Positions 49,377 through 59,549 of a stretch of DNA of 64,000 nt are shown here, one piece after another. Position numbers and translations under genes: made by a program. The stretch covers positions 32,001-96,000 of the forward strand of contig JBBTCT010000034.1 of NCBI GenBank assembly GCA_038060895.1. The letters are read 5' to 3'. This DNA is from Planctomycetota bacterium (GTDB taxonomy: Bacteria; Planctomycetota; MHYJ01; WSZJ01). Numbering within the stretch: the first letter of the stretch is position 1; every line of letters begins with the position of its first letter. The notes under the pieces are model-generated. The model saw only the letters and a list, made by a program, of their open reading frames with translations, searched no databases and was not told the DNA's origin.

Positions 49377-49889
49377 ATGCCCGCTTCCACCATCGCCGAA
49401 TACCTCGCCGCCCTCCCCGCCGACCGCCGCGCGGCGCTCACGGCCGTGCGCAAGGAGATCAACCGGCGGTTGCCGAAGGGCTACGAGGAGGGGATCCAGT
49501 TCGGGATGATCGGCTGGTCCGTGCCTCTCGCCGCCTATCCGGCGGGCTACGGCGGCAACAAGAAGGTGCCGCTGCCGCTCCTGACGCTGGGCTCGCAGAA
49601 GACCTCCATGGCGCTCTACATGCTGTGCTTCTACGGCAACGACGGCCTCAGGGACTGGTTCGTCGGCGAATACAAGAAGAGCGGCAAGAAGCTCGACATG
49701 GGCCAGGGCTGCGTCCGCTTCAGGACGCTCGACGACCTTCCTCTCGACGTGGTGGGCGGCACGGTGGCGCGCGTGACGCCGGCGGAGCACGCGGCGAATT
49801 ACCAGGCCGCGCGGGACGAGATGGGCAGGGGCAAGGCCAGGAAGCCTGCTGCGAAGAAAGAGAAACCCGGCCGCAAGAGCCGGACCTGA
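49377..49889 (+). CDS. DUF1801 (YdhG-like) protein
   Basis: TIAEYLAALPADRR...GYEEGIQFGMIGW...KLDMGQGCVRF. Confidence 0.85.
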   Translation: MPASTIAEYLAALPADRRAALTAVRKEINRRLPKGYEEGIQFGMIGWSVPLAAYPAGYGGNKKVPLPLLTLGSQKTSMALYMLCFYGNDGLRDWFVGEYKKSGKKLDMGQGCVRFRTLDDLPLDVVGGTVARVTPAEHAANYQAARDEMGRGKARKPAAKKEKPGRKSRT

Positions 49890-49892
49890 CTC

Positions 49893-50591
49893 ATGCACCT
49901 GGTCCTTCTGCCCGGGATGGACGGCACGGGGCGGCTGTTCGAACCGATCCTCGGCTGCTTTCCGCCCGGGCTCCGGACGGTTGTCGTCGCGTATCCGCCG
50001 GATATCGCGCGCTATGACGACCTGATGCCGATCGTCCGGGCGGCGTTGCCGCCGGACGACCCGTTCGTCATTGTGGGCGAGTCGTTCTCCGGCCCGCTCG
50101 CCGTCCGGGTCGCCGCCGGCAACCCGCGCGGGCTTCGCGCTCTCGTCCTCATCGCTTCGTTCGTGCGCCCGCCCGCCCGCTGGCCCTTCCCTGCCCTGCG
50201 CGCTGCGGTCGTCGGCCCTTCGGTCGCCGTCGTCCCCTGGCGCGTGCAGGCACGCTTCCTGCTCGGCCGCAACCCCGACCCGCAGCTCCTGGCGAGAGTG
50301 CGCGAGGTGGTGGGAAGCGTTCCGTCGGCAACGATGGCCGGGCGGATCCGCGAAGTGCTGCGAGAAGACGTTTCCGGCGCCGTGGCAGGCGTGCGCGGGC
50401 CGATTCTCTATCTCCGCGCGTCACGAGACGCCATCGTTCCCCGCCGGTGCGATTTCTTGATCGCGGAGCTCGCGCCCCACGCGCGGATCGAGGAGATCGA
50501 TGGTCCCCATCTCCTGCTTCAGGCATCTCCCGGGCTCGCAGCGGCATCGATCACGGCGTTCGTGCGGCCTCTCATGCAGAGCCAGGCGTAA
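49893..50591 (+). CDS. Alpha/beta hydrolase
   Basis: LLPGMDGTG, GESFSG, DAIV, GPHLLLQ. Confidence 0.85.
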   Translation: MHLVLLPGMDGTGRLFEPILGCFPPGLRTVVVAYPPDIARYDDLMPIVRAALPPDDPFVIVGESFSGPLAVRVAAGNPRGLRALVLIASFVRPPARWPFPALRAAVVGPSVAVVPWRVQARFLLGRNPDPQLLARVREVVGSVPSATMAGRIREVLREDVSGAVAGVRGPILYLRASRDAIVPRRCDFLIAELAPHARIEEIDGPHLLLQASPGLAAASITAFVRPLMQSQA

Positions 50592-50678
50592 CATCGCGCA
50601 GATCGGCTGGAATTCTCTAACGGGTCTCTTACGTGGCTCCTGACAATGTCGCGGCCCTTCCCTTTGGAGAAACGTCCC

Positions 50679-51707
50679 ATGAGACTCCTGATCGCCACGG
50701 CCTTGCTGCTGACCGTCTCTTCCGCCCGGGCCGAGGACGAGCCGCTCTACAAGTCCTCCGTCGTCGGCACCGACTTCGACTACATCCTGGAATCCGACCC
50801 GGACATGTTTGTCGAGCTCACGTCGAAGGGCCAGGGCAAGGCGGAGATGCCCGACAAGACGGACAATGCGGCGGCCCTCATCAAGTCCGCCTTCCTGTTC
50901 GTGTCGAATTTCAAGGACGGCACGAGCATCGACATTGCGGTCGACGCCCGATTTGAGTCGGAGGAGCCGGCCCGCAAGGAAGCGCTCCGTTACACCCCGC
51001 GGCTGGGAAAGCTCCCAACGGTGCTGCGTCGCGGCGTCAAGCGGCTGGTGATCCACAAGGGCGGAGAGGACGCCACGGGCTTCAGCGATGTGGGGCTGAT
51101 CGTCCTGTACTCCGACAACGCGACGAAGCGCATTGGAACGCACGACCTGGAAGAGACCGTTTTTCACGAGTCGGTGCACGCGGCCCTGGACAAGGAGCAC
51201 AGCGCGTCTCCCGGATGGCTGGAGGCGCAGAAGAAGGACGGCCGCTTCGTCACGAAGTACGCCCGGGACAACTCCAAGGGAGAAGACCTGGCCGAGTCGG
51301 CGCTGTTCGCCTACACGCTCCTTCACCACCCGGAGAGGATCCCCAAGGCAGATGCCGCCCGGATCCGCGGCGCGATTCCGGCCAGGATTGCGTTTGTCGA
51401 GAAGCTTCTGCCGCCGGGCAAGCCGATTCACTTCACCGTCTGCCTGGTCGACCTGACCGATCCGGGGACGTTGAGCGACGTCCTGTCCAATGCGTTGATC
51501 GGAGGCCTCGGAAAGGATGAGGTCACCGTCCAGGCGTTCCTGAAGGAGGCGCGGGGCAAGTCCTCCAAGGCGGAGGATCTCTTCAAGTCGGCGATGGAGA
51601 AATTCGGGGTCTCGGAAGCGGCCATGAAGGCAAAGGTTGAGGAGTTCCGACACTGCAACTGCAAGCACGGCGACCTGGACGCGAGTCCCCCCGGCGACAA
51701 GAAATGA
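50679..51707 (+). CDS. Secreted zincin-like metallopeptidase domain protein
   Basis: Signal peptide; FHESVH...TKYA...EDLAES. Confidence 0.7.
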   Translation: MRLLIATALLLTVSSARAEDEPLYKSSVVGTDFDYILESDPDMFVELTSKGQGKAEMPDKTDNAAALIKSAFLFVSNFKDGTSIDIAVDARFESEEPARKEALRYTPRLGKLPTVLRRGVKRLVIHKGGEDATGFSDVGLIVLYSDNATKRIGTHDLEETVFHESVHAALDKEHSASPGWLEAQKKDGRFVTKYARDNSKGEDLAESALFAYTLLHHPERIPKADAARIRGAIPARIAFVEKLLPPGKPIHFTVCLVDLTDPGTLSDVLSNALIGGLGKDEVTVQAFLKEARGKSSKAEDLFKSAMEKFGVSEAAMKAKVEEFRHCNCKHGDLDASPPGDKK

Positions 51708-52162
51708 AACCCGCGAAGAAGCCCGCTTCCCGGAAGTCGCCTGCTCCGCTCAAGGCCGCCATGACCGGCAGGGCGAGCGACGCGAAGACGGCGGTCGGCG
51801 ACGAACCGGTCTTCGCCTACATCCGCAGCCTGCCGCAGCCGCAGCGCGGCATTGCGGAACGCGTCGATGCGCTGGCGGCCAGGACGCTGCCTGGCCTGCA
51901 GCGGTCGGTGAAGTGGGGCATGGCCTGGTATGGCGTCGGCGATGGCTGGTGCTTCGCGTGCGGCGGCTTCACCGGCCACGTCAAGCTGGCCTTCGGGCAC
52001 GGCACGTCCCTCAAGCCCGAGCCGCCGGTGACGCCGATCGGCATGGGGAAACACACGCGGTGTGAGGAGCTCGCTTCCGCGAACGACCTCGACGAACGCC
52101 AGGTCGCCGCGTGGATGAAACAAGCTGCGGCGATACCCGGCTTCGGGGGGACGAAGCGATGA
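51704..52162 (+). CDS. DUF1801 family protein
   Basis: YIRSLPQPQR...VKWGMAWY...FTGHVKLAFGHGTSL...DLDE. Confidence 0.8.
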   Translation: MKPAKKPASRKSPAPLKAAMTGRASDAKTAVGDEPVFAYIRSLPQPQRGIAERVDALAARTLPGLQRSVKWGMAWYGVGDGWCFACGGFTGHVKLAFGHGTSLKPEPPVTPIGMGKHTRCEELASANDLDERQVAAWMKQAAAIPGFGGTKR

Positions 52163-52259
52163 GCCTGATCGACCGCCGACGCGGGAAGCGAGTCGAGGTG
52201 GGGCTTGTCGCCGTTGACCTGGCCCACGCCAGGCGAGAATGCCAGCGGACCCGCCGCCT

Positions 52260-53786
52260 CTACACGCCGCCCTCGTCGAAAACCGGAACACCGGCCTTGG
52301 CGCAGTCCTCTCTCATGTAGCCGCGCATCATTTCGAACTCCGGGAGGTCGCCGACTTCGCGAAGGATGGCCGCGCCCTGGCGCCACTTGACCTTCGCCTC
52401 TTCAGCTCGACCCGCGGCCAGCAGGCACAGGCACCACGCGCACAGGTGCGATCCTTCAAAGCGCCGGTTCCGGATTTCGCGGTGGATGGCAACGGCCTGC
52501 TCGAATGCCTGCTCTGCTTCCGAAAATCGGCCCGATTCACCGTACATGCCCCCCAGGTTCCCGAGCGCGATTCCCTCCGCGCGGCGGTTTCCGATCTCGC
52601 GGAGAATGACCAGCGCTTCCACGAAACCGCGCTCGGCCTCCACGGCGCGGCCGAAGGCCCTGTAGAGCGTCGAAAGGCTGACGATGGCAACGCCCTCCTG
52701 GCGCCGGTCGCCAATCTCGCGAAAGATCTCGAGGGACCGTTTGTAGATCGCTTCTGCGAGGTGGGCACGGCCTGTGCGTTCGTAGAGGATCGCCAGGTTG
52801 ATCAGCGTCATGCCTTCCACTCTCAGATTGCCGGTTGCGCGGATCCGCACGAGCGCCGCATCGAGGAGTCTCTCCGCCTGCGGGCGCCTTCCGGTTTCCT
52901 GCAGGACGCTGGCCTGGCTGACCATCAGGATTTCAGCGGAGCGTTCGTCGCCCGCGGCGCGGAAGCTGGCCATGGCCTGCGCCTGAAGCGATTCAGCCAG
53001 TTCCACGCGTCCGGTCTCATGAAGCAGATTCGAAAGCCCCGTGAGCGCCCTGCCTTCGGCGCCCCGGTCGCCTTCATCGCGGCTCAGGGCCAGCGCACGC
53101 TCGAAGCCGCGTTCCGCTTCCGCAAGCCGCCCGGATTCTTTCCAGGTGTTGGCCAGCAGGACCACGACGTTCGCTTCTGACTTCCTGTCCCCGGCGCCGC
53201 GCACAAGCTCCAGCGCCCGTTCGAAAGCTTGCTCGGATTCGCGCGTCCGGCCGGTCTGTGAGTAAAGGTTGGCCAGGTTGGCCCATCCGAGGCCTTCGAA
53301 GCGCAGTCCGCCCGCGGACTGGAGAACCGTGATGGCCTCATTGAGAAGCGGCTCTGCGCGCCGGGTGCGGCCGGCGAGCAGCGCCGCGTTCGAGGCTCGG
53401 CGCAACGATTCACCGCGCTCGATGCCGGTCGCCAATTCCGCGTGAATCCGCCACAGGCGTTCGGAAGTGTCCCCGCGAAATTGCTGGTCCGCATGCTCGG
53501 CGGCCCGGCGCATATAGAGCTTCCTCACCGCGCGCGTCGCCCGGCTGGAACTTTTCCCGGCATGGTTCGCCAGCTCCTCCGCCAGGGCGTCCGTCGGGTG
53601 CGGCGCAAAGGGCGGCGGGTCGGGAGCTTCCAGCGGCCATGGCGCCGGCGCGCGCCCCCCGAACGCCGCTTCCGTCAGCACCAGCGCCAGCTCATGCAGC
53701 TTCGCGCGGTCGCTCGGGAGCTGAAGTTGATATGCGGCGTCGCGCAGCAGGGCGTGGCGGAAAAGGTAGACAAGCTCGGAATGCAC
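52260..53786 (-). CDS. TPR-repeat protein with FRHALLRDAAY module (paralog 3 of 3)
   Basis: VHSELVYLFRHALLRDAAYQLQLPSDRAKLH; TACATT 7 nt before GTG. Confidence 0.85.
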   Translation of the reverse strand: MHSELVYLFRHALLRDAAYQLQLPSDRAKLHELALVLTEAAFGGRAPAPWPLEAPDPPPFAPHPTDALAEELANHAGKSSSRATRAVRKLYMRRAAEHADQQFRGDTSERLWRIHAELATGIERGESLRRASNAALLAGRTRRAEPLLNEAITVLQSAGGLRFEGLGWANLANLYSQTGRTRESEQAFERALELVRGAGDRKSEANVVVLLANTWKESGRLAEAERGFERALALSRDEGDRGAEGRALTGLSNLLHETGRVELAESLQAQAMASFRAAGDERSAEILMVSQASVLQETGRRPQAERLLDAALVRIRATGNLRVEGMTLINLAILYERTGRAHLAEAIYKRSLEIFREIGDRRQEGVAIVSLSTLYRAFGRAVEAERGFVEALVILREIGNRRAEGIALGNLGGMYGESGRFSEAEQAFEQAVAIHREIRNRRFEGSHLCAWCLCLLAAGRAEEAKVKWRQGAAILREVGDLPEFEMMRGYMREDCAKAGVPVFDEGGV

Positions 53787-54040
53787 GGCCGCCAATGTAC
53801 TCACACAAATTTGAACCTCGCCAGCTTCACGGGTATTCGCCTGGGACCGGCGACGCCATGGACTTCCTGGCCTTGCGGGCTCAGGCGGGAAGCTGCTTAA
53901 AGTGCCGCACGCCCGCCCTCGCGGAATTGAAATCTGCGCGACGAGGCGCCTGTTCCCGCTTGACCTGGGCCTGTGCGGAGGTCCAGAGTGGCCGTTGGTG
54001 AAGGCCTTTGACCCCCCAGGAGGGCGACGGGAGCGACCCC

Positions 54041-56662
54041 ATGAAACACCTTGCACTGGCCGCGGCCGTCCTCGTTAGCCTGGCGACCTGTGCGCTTCCC
54101 GCTCGCGCCGACCGCGCCGCCGCGGAACGCCTCTACCTGGAAGGCAACAAGCTCTTCAATGAGAACCTGCACCTTGAAGCGATCGAGAAGTTCACGCAGT
54201 CGATCGAGGCCGACCCGACGTACGCGCGGGCGAGGGCGTTCCGGGCGTGGGCGAAGGACCACGCGTTGATCCCGGGGAACGGGCTTGAAGACGTTGCCAT
54301 CGCGCTCGAGATGGAGCCAAAGAACCCGGTTTTTCTCCAGGTCCGCGTGCAGATCTACATGGGGCTGGACCGGACGACGGAGGCGATCGAGGACGCCGAG
54401 GAGCTGGTCCGGTTGAAGCCGGATGACCCGACGAATCTGCTCCTGCTGGGCCTGGCGCTGGTCCGGAGTGGGGAGATCGACGCCGGGTTCGAAAAGATGA
54501 CGAAAGCGCTTGAGGCGTCCGGGAACAACCCGGACATGCGCGTGAGGGCCGACGCCTTCCGCGCGAAGGCGGACTGGCTCGGAATGCGGGACGAGATGGA
54601 AGCGCTCCACGGGGCGGGCCGCAGGGACGGTGCTACGATCCTCCACCGCGTGATTGCTTTCACGGAACTGGGCCAGTACGACAAGGCGCAGGAAGCGATC
54701 AAGGACGCCGAGCCGGATACCTCGACGTGGGGTGCGGTGCGCGCCTACCTGGCCGCGACGCCGGAGGCGGGCGCGCTGTGCGACCCTGCGAAGGCCCTCG
54801 AGTACGCAGAGGCGGCGGCCGAGGGACGGGACGACTCAAATCTGCAGTGCGTCCTCGCTCGCACGCTGTTCCTGGGCGCTCGCCCCCGCGACTGCCTCGA
54901 CCTGCTCTCGACGAAGGGCCGCCGGACGCACTTCGAGACGATGTTCTGGCTCGGGGCCTCGAACTGGAAGCTGAACAAGTTCCCCGAGGCGATCGCGGTG
55001 CTGAAGGAGGCCCGGCGGCTGAATCCGTACCTCATCCGGCACGCGGGGAGGATCGAGGGGTTCGGGGACTTCGTGGCCTCGATCGACAAGGAGCTGCAGG
55101 CCGAGACCGGGGACCGCGGACGGCTCGGGTTCGAGCGCGCGACGCATCTCCTCACCGTCGCCGAGATCGAGGCCCTGGTGCGGCGGTACCGCTTCGACCG
55201 CGCCGCCGCCGAGTACGCGCTGCTCCTCCCTTCCCTGAAGTCCGCGATCCGCAAGGGCGAGATCGAGACCCGGCTTCCCGAAGTCAAGGGAATGGCCGGC
55301 GCGCATGCCAGGCTCCTCGCCGCCGTGAACAAGGCGCCGGGAGGGATGAAGGTAGCGCTGGGGAAAACCGAGCTGACGATCGTCAAGGCCGACACCGTCA
55401 CCTTCGACTTCAAGATTCCCAGGGGCGACGGAAAATTCCCGTGGGCCTTCCTCGACCCGTCCGCGTACGGCGAGCTCGCCGCCGCGCTGGATCTCACCCC
55501 CGAAGAAATGTTCGGCCTCGGCTGCCTCCTCTGGGACGCGGGGCTTCCCGCGCCCGCCATGAAGCACTTCGACAACGCCACGAAGAAGCAGGCGTCGCTG
55601 AAGAAAAACCTCTCGGGCTTTGTCGCGCGAAAGCGCGGCATTCCCGCGCCGGCCGGCGGGTTCGTCGCGTTCCGCGGGTCCTACGTGACGCCCGAGGAGA
55701 AGGCCAACCTCGAGAAGGGGCTCGTGCTGTTTGCCGGGAAGTGGGTTCCCGCGAAGGACAAGGAGCAGCTCGCGAAGGGCTTCATCCAGATCGACGGCAA
55801 ATGGGTCCCGGGCGAAGAAGCGGCGCTGCTGAAGCAGGGCTTCTGCAGATACAAGGACAAGTGGATGAGCCGCGAGGACTACGAAGCGCTGCGCAGCGGC
55901 TGGGACGACGCGTACACCGAAACCACGACGCACTTCCAGATCCGCACCAACGAAGGCGAGCAGTTCGCGAAGGACCTTGCCCTCGTGGTCGAGGCCGCGT
56001 ACCAGGAATGCAAGGCCTACTACGGCGGCGTCGAGCCGAAGCCTGCAGGCGGGGAAACGATGACGCTCTACGCCTTCCGGACGTACGAGGATTACCGCAG
56101 GTACTGCGTCGAGACGAAGACGGAGAATCACCTCGGCGCGGCGGGATTCGCAAAGAGCGACTCGAACACCGTCGCGGGCTGGAACAAGACGAGCAACCGC
56201 CAGCAGTTTCTGCAGACCATGGTGCACGAGATGTCGCACCTCTATTTCTTCCGGGTCTCGCCGTTGGCCCGCGCGCCGAGCTGGTACGCGGAGTCGATGG
56301 CGACGTACTTCGAAGGCTTCAACTGGGAAGGCAAGTCCTACAAGTTCACTTACGTCAGCGAGGGCCGCCTCCCTTTCGTCCGCGATGCCATGAAAGGCAA
56401 GCGCCACATCCCCCTCAAGGACGTCCTCGCCGGCGATGCCCTCCAGCTCATCAACACCGACGCGCAAAAAGCGCTGTTGTTCTACGCGGAGTGCTGGTCG
56501 CTCAATTACTTCCTCTGCCACACCGAGAACAAGGCGTACCGCGACGCCTGGGCCGAGTACCGCAAGTCAGTTGCGGGCGGCGGCGCGAAGGGGCTTCTTG
56601 AGTTTTTCCCGGACGCGGCGAAGCTGGAAGCGGACTGGATGCGGTTTGTGACGGGGTTGTGA
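54041..56662 (+). CDS. Secreted TPR protein with DUF1570-like metallopeptidase (paralog 2 of 2)
   Basis: Clearly homologous to 6274-8919 over its C-terminal two-thirds; HEMSH plus WYAESMATYFE. Confidence 0.85.
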   Translation: MKHLALAAAVLVSLATCALPARADRAAAERLYLEGNKLFNENLHLEAIEKFTQSIEADPTYARARAFRAWAKDHALIPGNGLEDVAIALEMEPKNPVFLQVRVQIYMGLDRTTEAIEDAEELVRLKPDDPTNLLLLGLALVRSGEIDAGFEKMTKALEASGNNPDMRVRADAFRAKADWLGMRDEMEALHGAGRRDGATILHRVIAFTELGQYDKAQEAIKDAEPDTSTWGAVRAYLAATPEAGALCDPAKALEYAEAAAEGRDDSNLQCVLARTLFLGARPRDCLDLLSTKGRRTHFETMFWLGASNWKLNKFPEAIAVLKEARRLNPYLIRHAGRIEGFGDFVASIDKELQAETGDRGRLGFERATHLLTVAEIEALVRRYRFDRAAAEYALLLPSLKSAIRKGEIETRLPEVKGMAGAHARLLAAVNKAPGGMKVALGKTELTIVKADTVTFDFKIPRGDGKFPWAFLDPSAYGELAAALDLTPEEMFGLGCLLWDAGLPAPAMKHFDNATKKQASLKKNLSGFVARKRGIPAPAGGFVAFRGSYVTPEEKANLEKGLVLFAGKWVPAKDKEQLAKGFIQIDGKWVPGEEAALLKQGFCRYKDKWMSREDYEALRSGWDDAYTETTTHFQIRTNEGEQFAKDLALVVEAAYQECKAYYGGVEPKPAGGETMTLYAFRTYEDYRRYCVETKTENHLGAAGFAKSDSNTVAGWNKTSNRQQFLQTMVHEMSHLYFFRVSPLARAPSWYAESMATYFEGFNWEGKSYKFTYVSEGRLPFVRDAMKGKRHIPLKDVLAGDALQLINTDAQKALLFYAECWSLNYFLCHTENKAYRDAWAEYRKSVAGGGAKGLLEFFPDAAKLEADWMRFVTGL

Positions 56663-56955
56663 ACAAGGAAATCCCGCCCTCGGCCACCGGTTAAGGATCT
56701 GCCTCGAGTGAATCGCAAGGTCGAGCCGGCACGATCGTCATGTGCCTCATACTGGGCCTCCTCATGGCGTTCATCGCGCACGGTCGGCTGGTGCTGAAGC
56801 CGATCGCCGCATGAAACCCACGATCTTCGAAGCCGCGGGCGGATCCGGCGCCTTCCACTCCGACAGGTCCTCGACACGTGCGATCCCAGGGCGCTACCCT
56901 GCCGGCGATTCGCCGCCTTGCCCGCCCCCCCTTTCCTTCCCACTCGGAGCCTCCC

Positions 56956-57933
56956 ATGTCCTCGCCGCTACGCCAGGCCACCCTGCTCCTCCTGCTGTTC
57001 GCCCTTGCCGCCGGCGCCGAGGAGCCGGCGAAGGAAGTCTCCCGTTCGCTCAAGGACTTCATCAAGGACCGGAACCTGGGCGAAGCCGATTCCGAACCCT
57101 TCATCAAAGCCGTCAGCAAGTGCAAGGGAATGAAGGTCGAGTGGGAACTGCGGGTCTTCAACGTGGAGGAGACGGGGGACGGATTCGAGACCCCGGATGC
57201 GAAGACGAGCAAGTTCCGTGAATGCGTGATCTTCATGCTCCAGAGCCTGGCGCCCGGCACCCAGGCCAAGGACATACCCCACGACCAGTTCATCCTCGTG
57301 CGATGCCTGAAGGGCCTGGGAAAGGGAGACGAACGGCTCGAAGTCGGCAAAAAGTATTACGTCGAGGGAACCCTGTGGGGGGCCACCGGGGGGAACTGGA
57401 GAACGATCTTCCTGCATGACTACACCATCCAGCCCGGCGGAAGACCCACGACGAACGAGGGCGTGAACCCCGGCCCGGAGCACGAAGTCATGGCGAAGTG
57501 GTCGGGATCGTGGGACAGGGCCATCAGGATCTGGATGAAGCCCGGCGGAAAGCCGTTCGAGATGACCAGCTCCGCCGAGATCAGGATGGTCATGGAGGGG
57601 CGCTTCAGCCGCATGACCGCCAGCAGTGACATGGGCGGAACGAAGTACTCGGGCGAATCGACGATCGGCTACGACCCGGCGACGAAGAAGTGGTCCATCT
57701 ACGCAATCGACAACATGGGCCCGGCCGCGACGCACCTTGAGGGCACGAGCGCGGACGGCGGCAAGACCATCGAGTTCAAGGGGATGATGATCGAGGCGAC
57801 GAACGGATCGGAGATTCACACGCGGTGGGTGCAGACGGAGAAGGGGCCGGATGAAATCCTGATGGAGATGTACACGGGGGAAGGGAAAGACGAGGTGAAG
57901 AAAATGGAGATCGCGAGCAGGCGGAAGAAATAA
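56956..57933 (+). CDS. Secreted protein with C-terminal DUF1579 domain
   Basis: PGPEHEVMAKWSGSW...GRF...IGYDPATKKW...DNMG. Confidence 0.8.
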   Translation: MSSPLRQATLLLLLFALAAGAEEPAKEVSRSLKDFIKDRNLGEADSEPFIKAVSKCKGMKVEWELRVFNVEETGDGFETPDAKTSKFRECVIFMLQSLAPGTQAKDIPHDQFILVRCLKGLGKGDERLEVGKKYYVEGTLWGATGGNWRTIFLHDYTIQPGGRPTTNEGVNPGPEHEVMAKWSGSWDRAIRIWMKPGGKPFEMTSSAEIRMVMEGRFSRMTASSDMGGTKYSGESTIGYDPATKKWSIYAIDNMGPAATHLEGTSADGGKTIEFKGMMIEATNGSEIHTRWVQTEKGPDEILMEMYTGEGKDEVKKMEIASRRKK

Positions 57934-58025
57934 CGAGGGCCCCCGGGACATTGAAGTGACCAAGGCGACGTACGGGACGGCGATTGAGGACTATCGCATG
58001 GTTGAGAACAAGAGGCAGGGGATCG

Positions 58026-58565
58026 TCACTTCCTGACCACGTGCTCCTTGACCTCCTTGCCACCGTCGACCGTTTCGCCGAAAAGATCGACCCAGAGCAC
58101 CTTCGGCGTCGCGCCACTCTCCTCGCTCTGGATGAAGAGCCGGGTCAGGTACGCGTCCTTGCCGTCGATCTTCGTGACGGCGTGCCACCGGGCGCCGGCC
58201 TTCGTGAGCCGGATTGGCCGGTCCTCCCAGGCGACGAGCTTCAACTCGCGTTCGTCGCCGGAGCCCGAGACTTCGAAGCCGTACGCCATCTTCCGCTCCA
58301 GGAACGTGAGATCCTCGCGGCGCCCGCCCTCGGCCTTCATGATCCAGTAGGCGACCACGGGTTCCCTGGCCAGCGCGCCGTCGGGGCCGGCCTGCACGTC
58401 GTAGTGCACTTCGTTCGCGTTCTTGTTGCGCTGGATGATGAAGAGCGTTGGACCGGAATCCCCGGGAGCGCGGCGGTGGAGGAAGATCGCGAGGGCGAGG
58501 ACCACGAGGACGACGGGGACGCCCGCGAAGAAGAGCCAGCGGACCACGCGGGACTTGCGCATCAT
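58026..58565 (-). CDS. DUF4833 family protein
   Basis: LFIIQRNKNANEVHYD...PVVAYW...LTFLERKMAYG. Confidence 0.75.
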   Translation of the reverse strand: MMRKSRVVRWLFFAGVPVVLVVLALAIFLHRRAPGDSGPTLFIIQRNKNANEVHYDVQAGPDGALAREPVVAYWIMKAEGGRREDLTFLERKMAYGFEVSGSGDERELKLVAWEDRPIRLTKAGARWHAVTKIDGKDAYLTRLFIQSEESGATPKVLWVDLFGETVDGGKEVKEHVVRK

Positions 58566-59110
58566 CGGTCGGACGGCCCGGTGATTCCCTTGCCGTACAT
58601 CCCCGACCGATCGAAGCAGCACGGCCGCCGCTTCCCTTTAGCGAGCATGTCACAGGCACCATCGATCCGGCGCGCGCGCGTCCCGGCAAGCTTGGCCGAA
58701 GTGATCCACTGGATCCAGTCGCGTCGGGCGAGAGGCGTGATGTCCGACCAGGCGGCGCGCGACTTTGAAGCGGCCTTCGCGAGGGCCTTGCGCAGGTCCG
58801 CCGGGACTTCGGGCTCCGGCTCCTCTTTCACGGGCGCGATCTCCAGCGTGACGACGTCGCCCGCCTCCGCGCCGGCTTTCTCGCGCAGCTTCCGGTCGAC
58901 CTTCAGCCAGTGGCCGCCCTGGCCGTCCGGCTCGAGGGTGGCCTGAAGGGGGACGCCGTTGAGGGCGCCGGCGACGGAGACCAGGCCACGCGAGGGGAGT
59001 TTCGCGCTGGCGTCCCGCGGCAGGGCCACGAACGTCCAGGCGGCGCTCGCAGGCTGCGTCGGCCGGGAAAGCGTGGAGCTGAAGCGAATGGTGGAATCGG
59101 TGCGGGGCAT
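58562..59110 (-). CDS. DUF1905 plus YdeI/OmpD-associated family protein
   Basis: WTFVALP...GLVSVAG...GDVVTLEI...VPADLRKAL...WIQWITSAK...TRARRI. Confidence 0.85.
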   Translation of the reverse strand: MPRTDSTIRFSSTLSRPTQPASAAWTFVALPRDASAKLPSRGLVSVAGALNGVPLQATLEPDGQGGHWLKVDRKLREKAGAEAGDVVTLEIAPVKEEPEPEVPADLRKALAKAASKSRAAWSDITPLARRDWIQWITSAKLAGTRARRIDGACDMLAKGKRRPCCFDRSGMYGKGITGPSDR

Positions 59111-59221
59111 GGAGGCGATGGGGCGTGAGCAGGACCCCGGCGGTCATTGTACGATGGCCCGTGGCGATCGCAGGCCGGCACCGGCGCCTGGCCAGTAACG
59201 AACAGGGATGTGGCCGCCTGA

Positions 59222-59491
59222 CTACCCCTTGCGCTTCACCATGAACTCGACCCAGATCGGCACGTACGGCGGCGTGCAGCCCTTCGACACCGGCCAGTCG
59301 CGATAGAGCCCGATCTTCTCGCCGATGGCGATCGCGAGCTTGTGATCGGTCTTGATCTTCTTCGCGATCGCACGGACATCGCCCATCTTCACGCCGAATT
59401 GGTTCTCCGGCGCGCCCATCTTGATGTTGTGCCTGAGTCGGGCTTTGTTGCCGAGAGACTTGAGGTTCGCGAGGATTTCCCTGGTCGTCAT
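59222..59491 (-). pseudogene. DNA alkylation repair (AlkD-like) protein with large in-frame internal deletion
   Basis: N-terminal FGVKMGDVRAIAKKIKTDHKLA joined directly to C-terminal IAIGEKIGLYRDWPVSKGCT. Confidence 0.65.
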
Positions 59492-59549
59492 GGCGGCGAT
59501 TATAGGAAGTACGCGCGCGCCGGAGGACCGCGACGCCCGCCCCGGAGGT

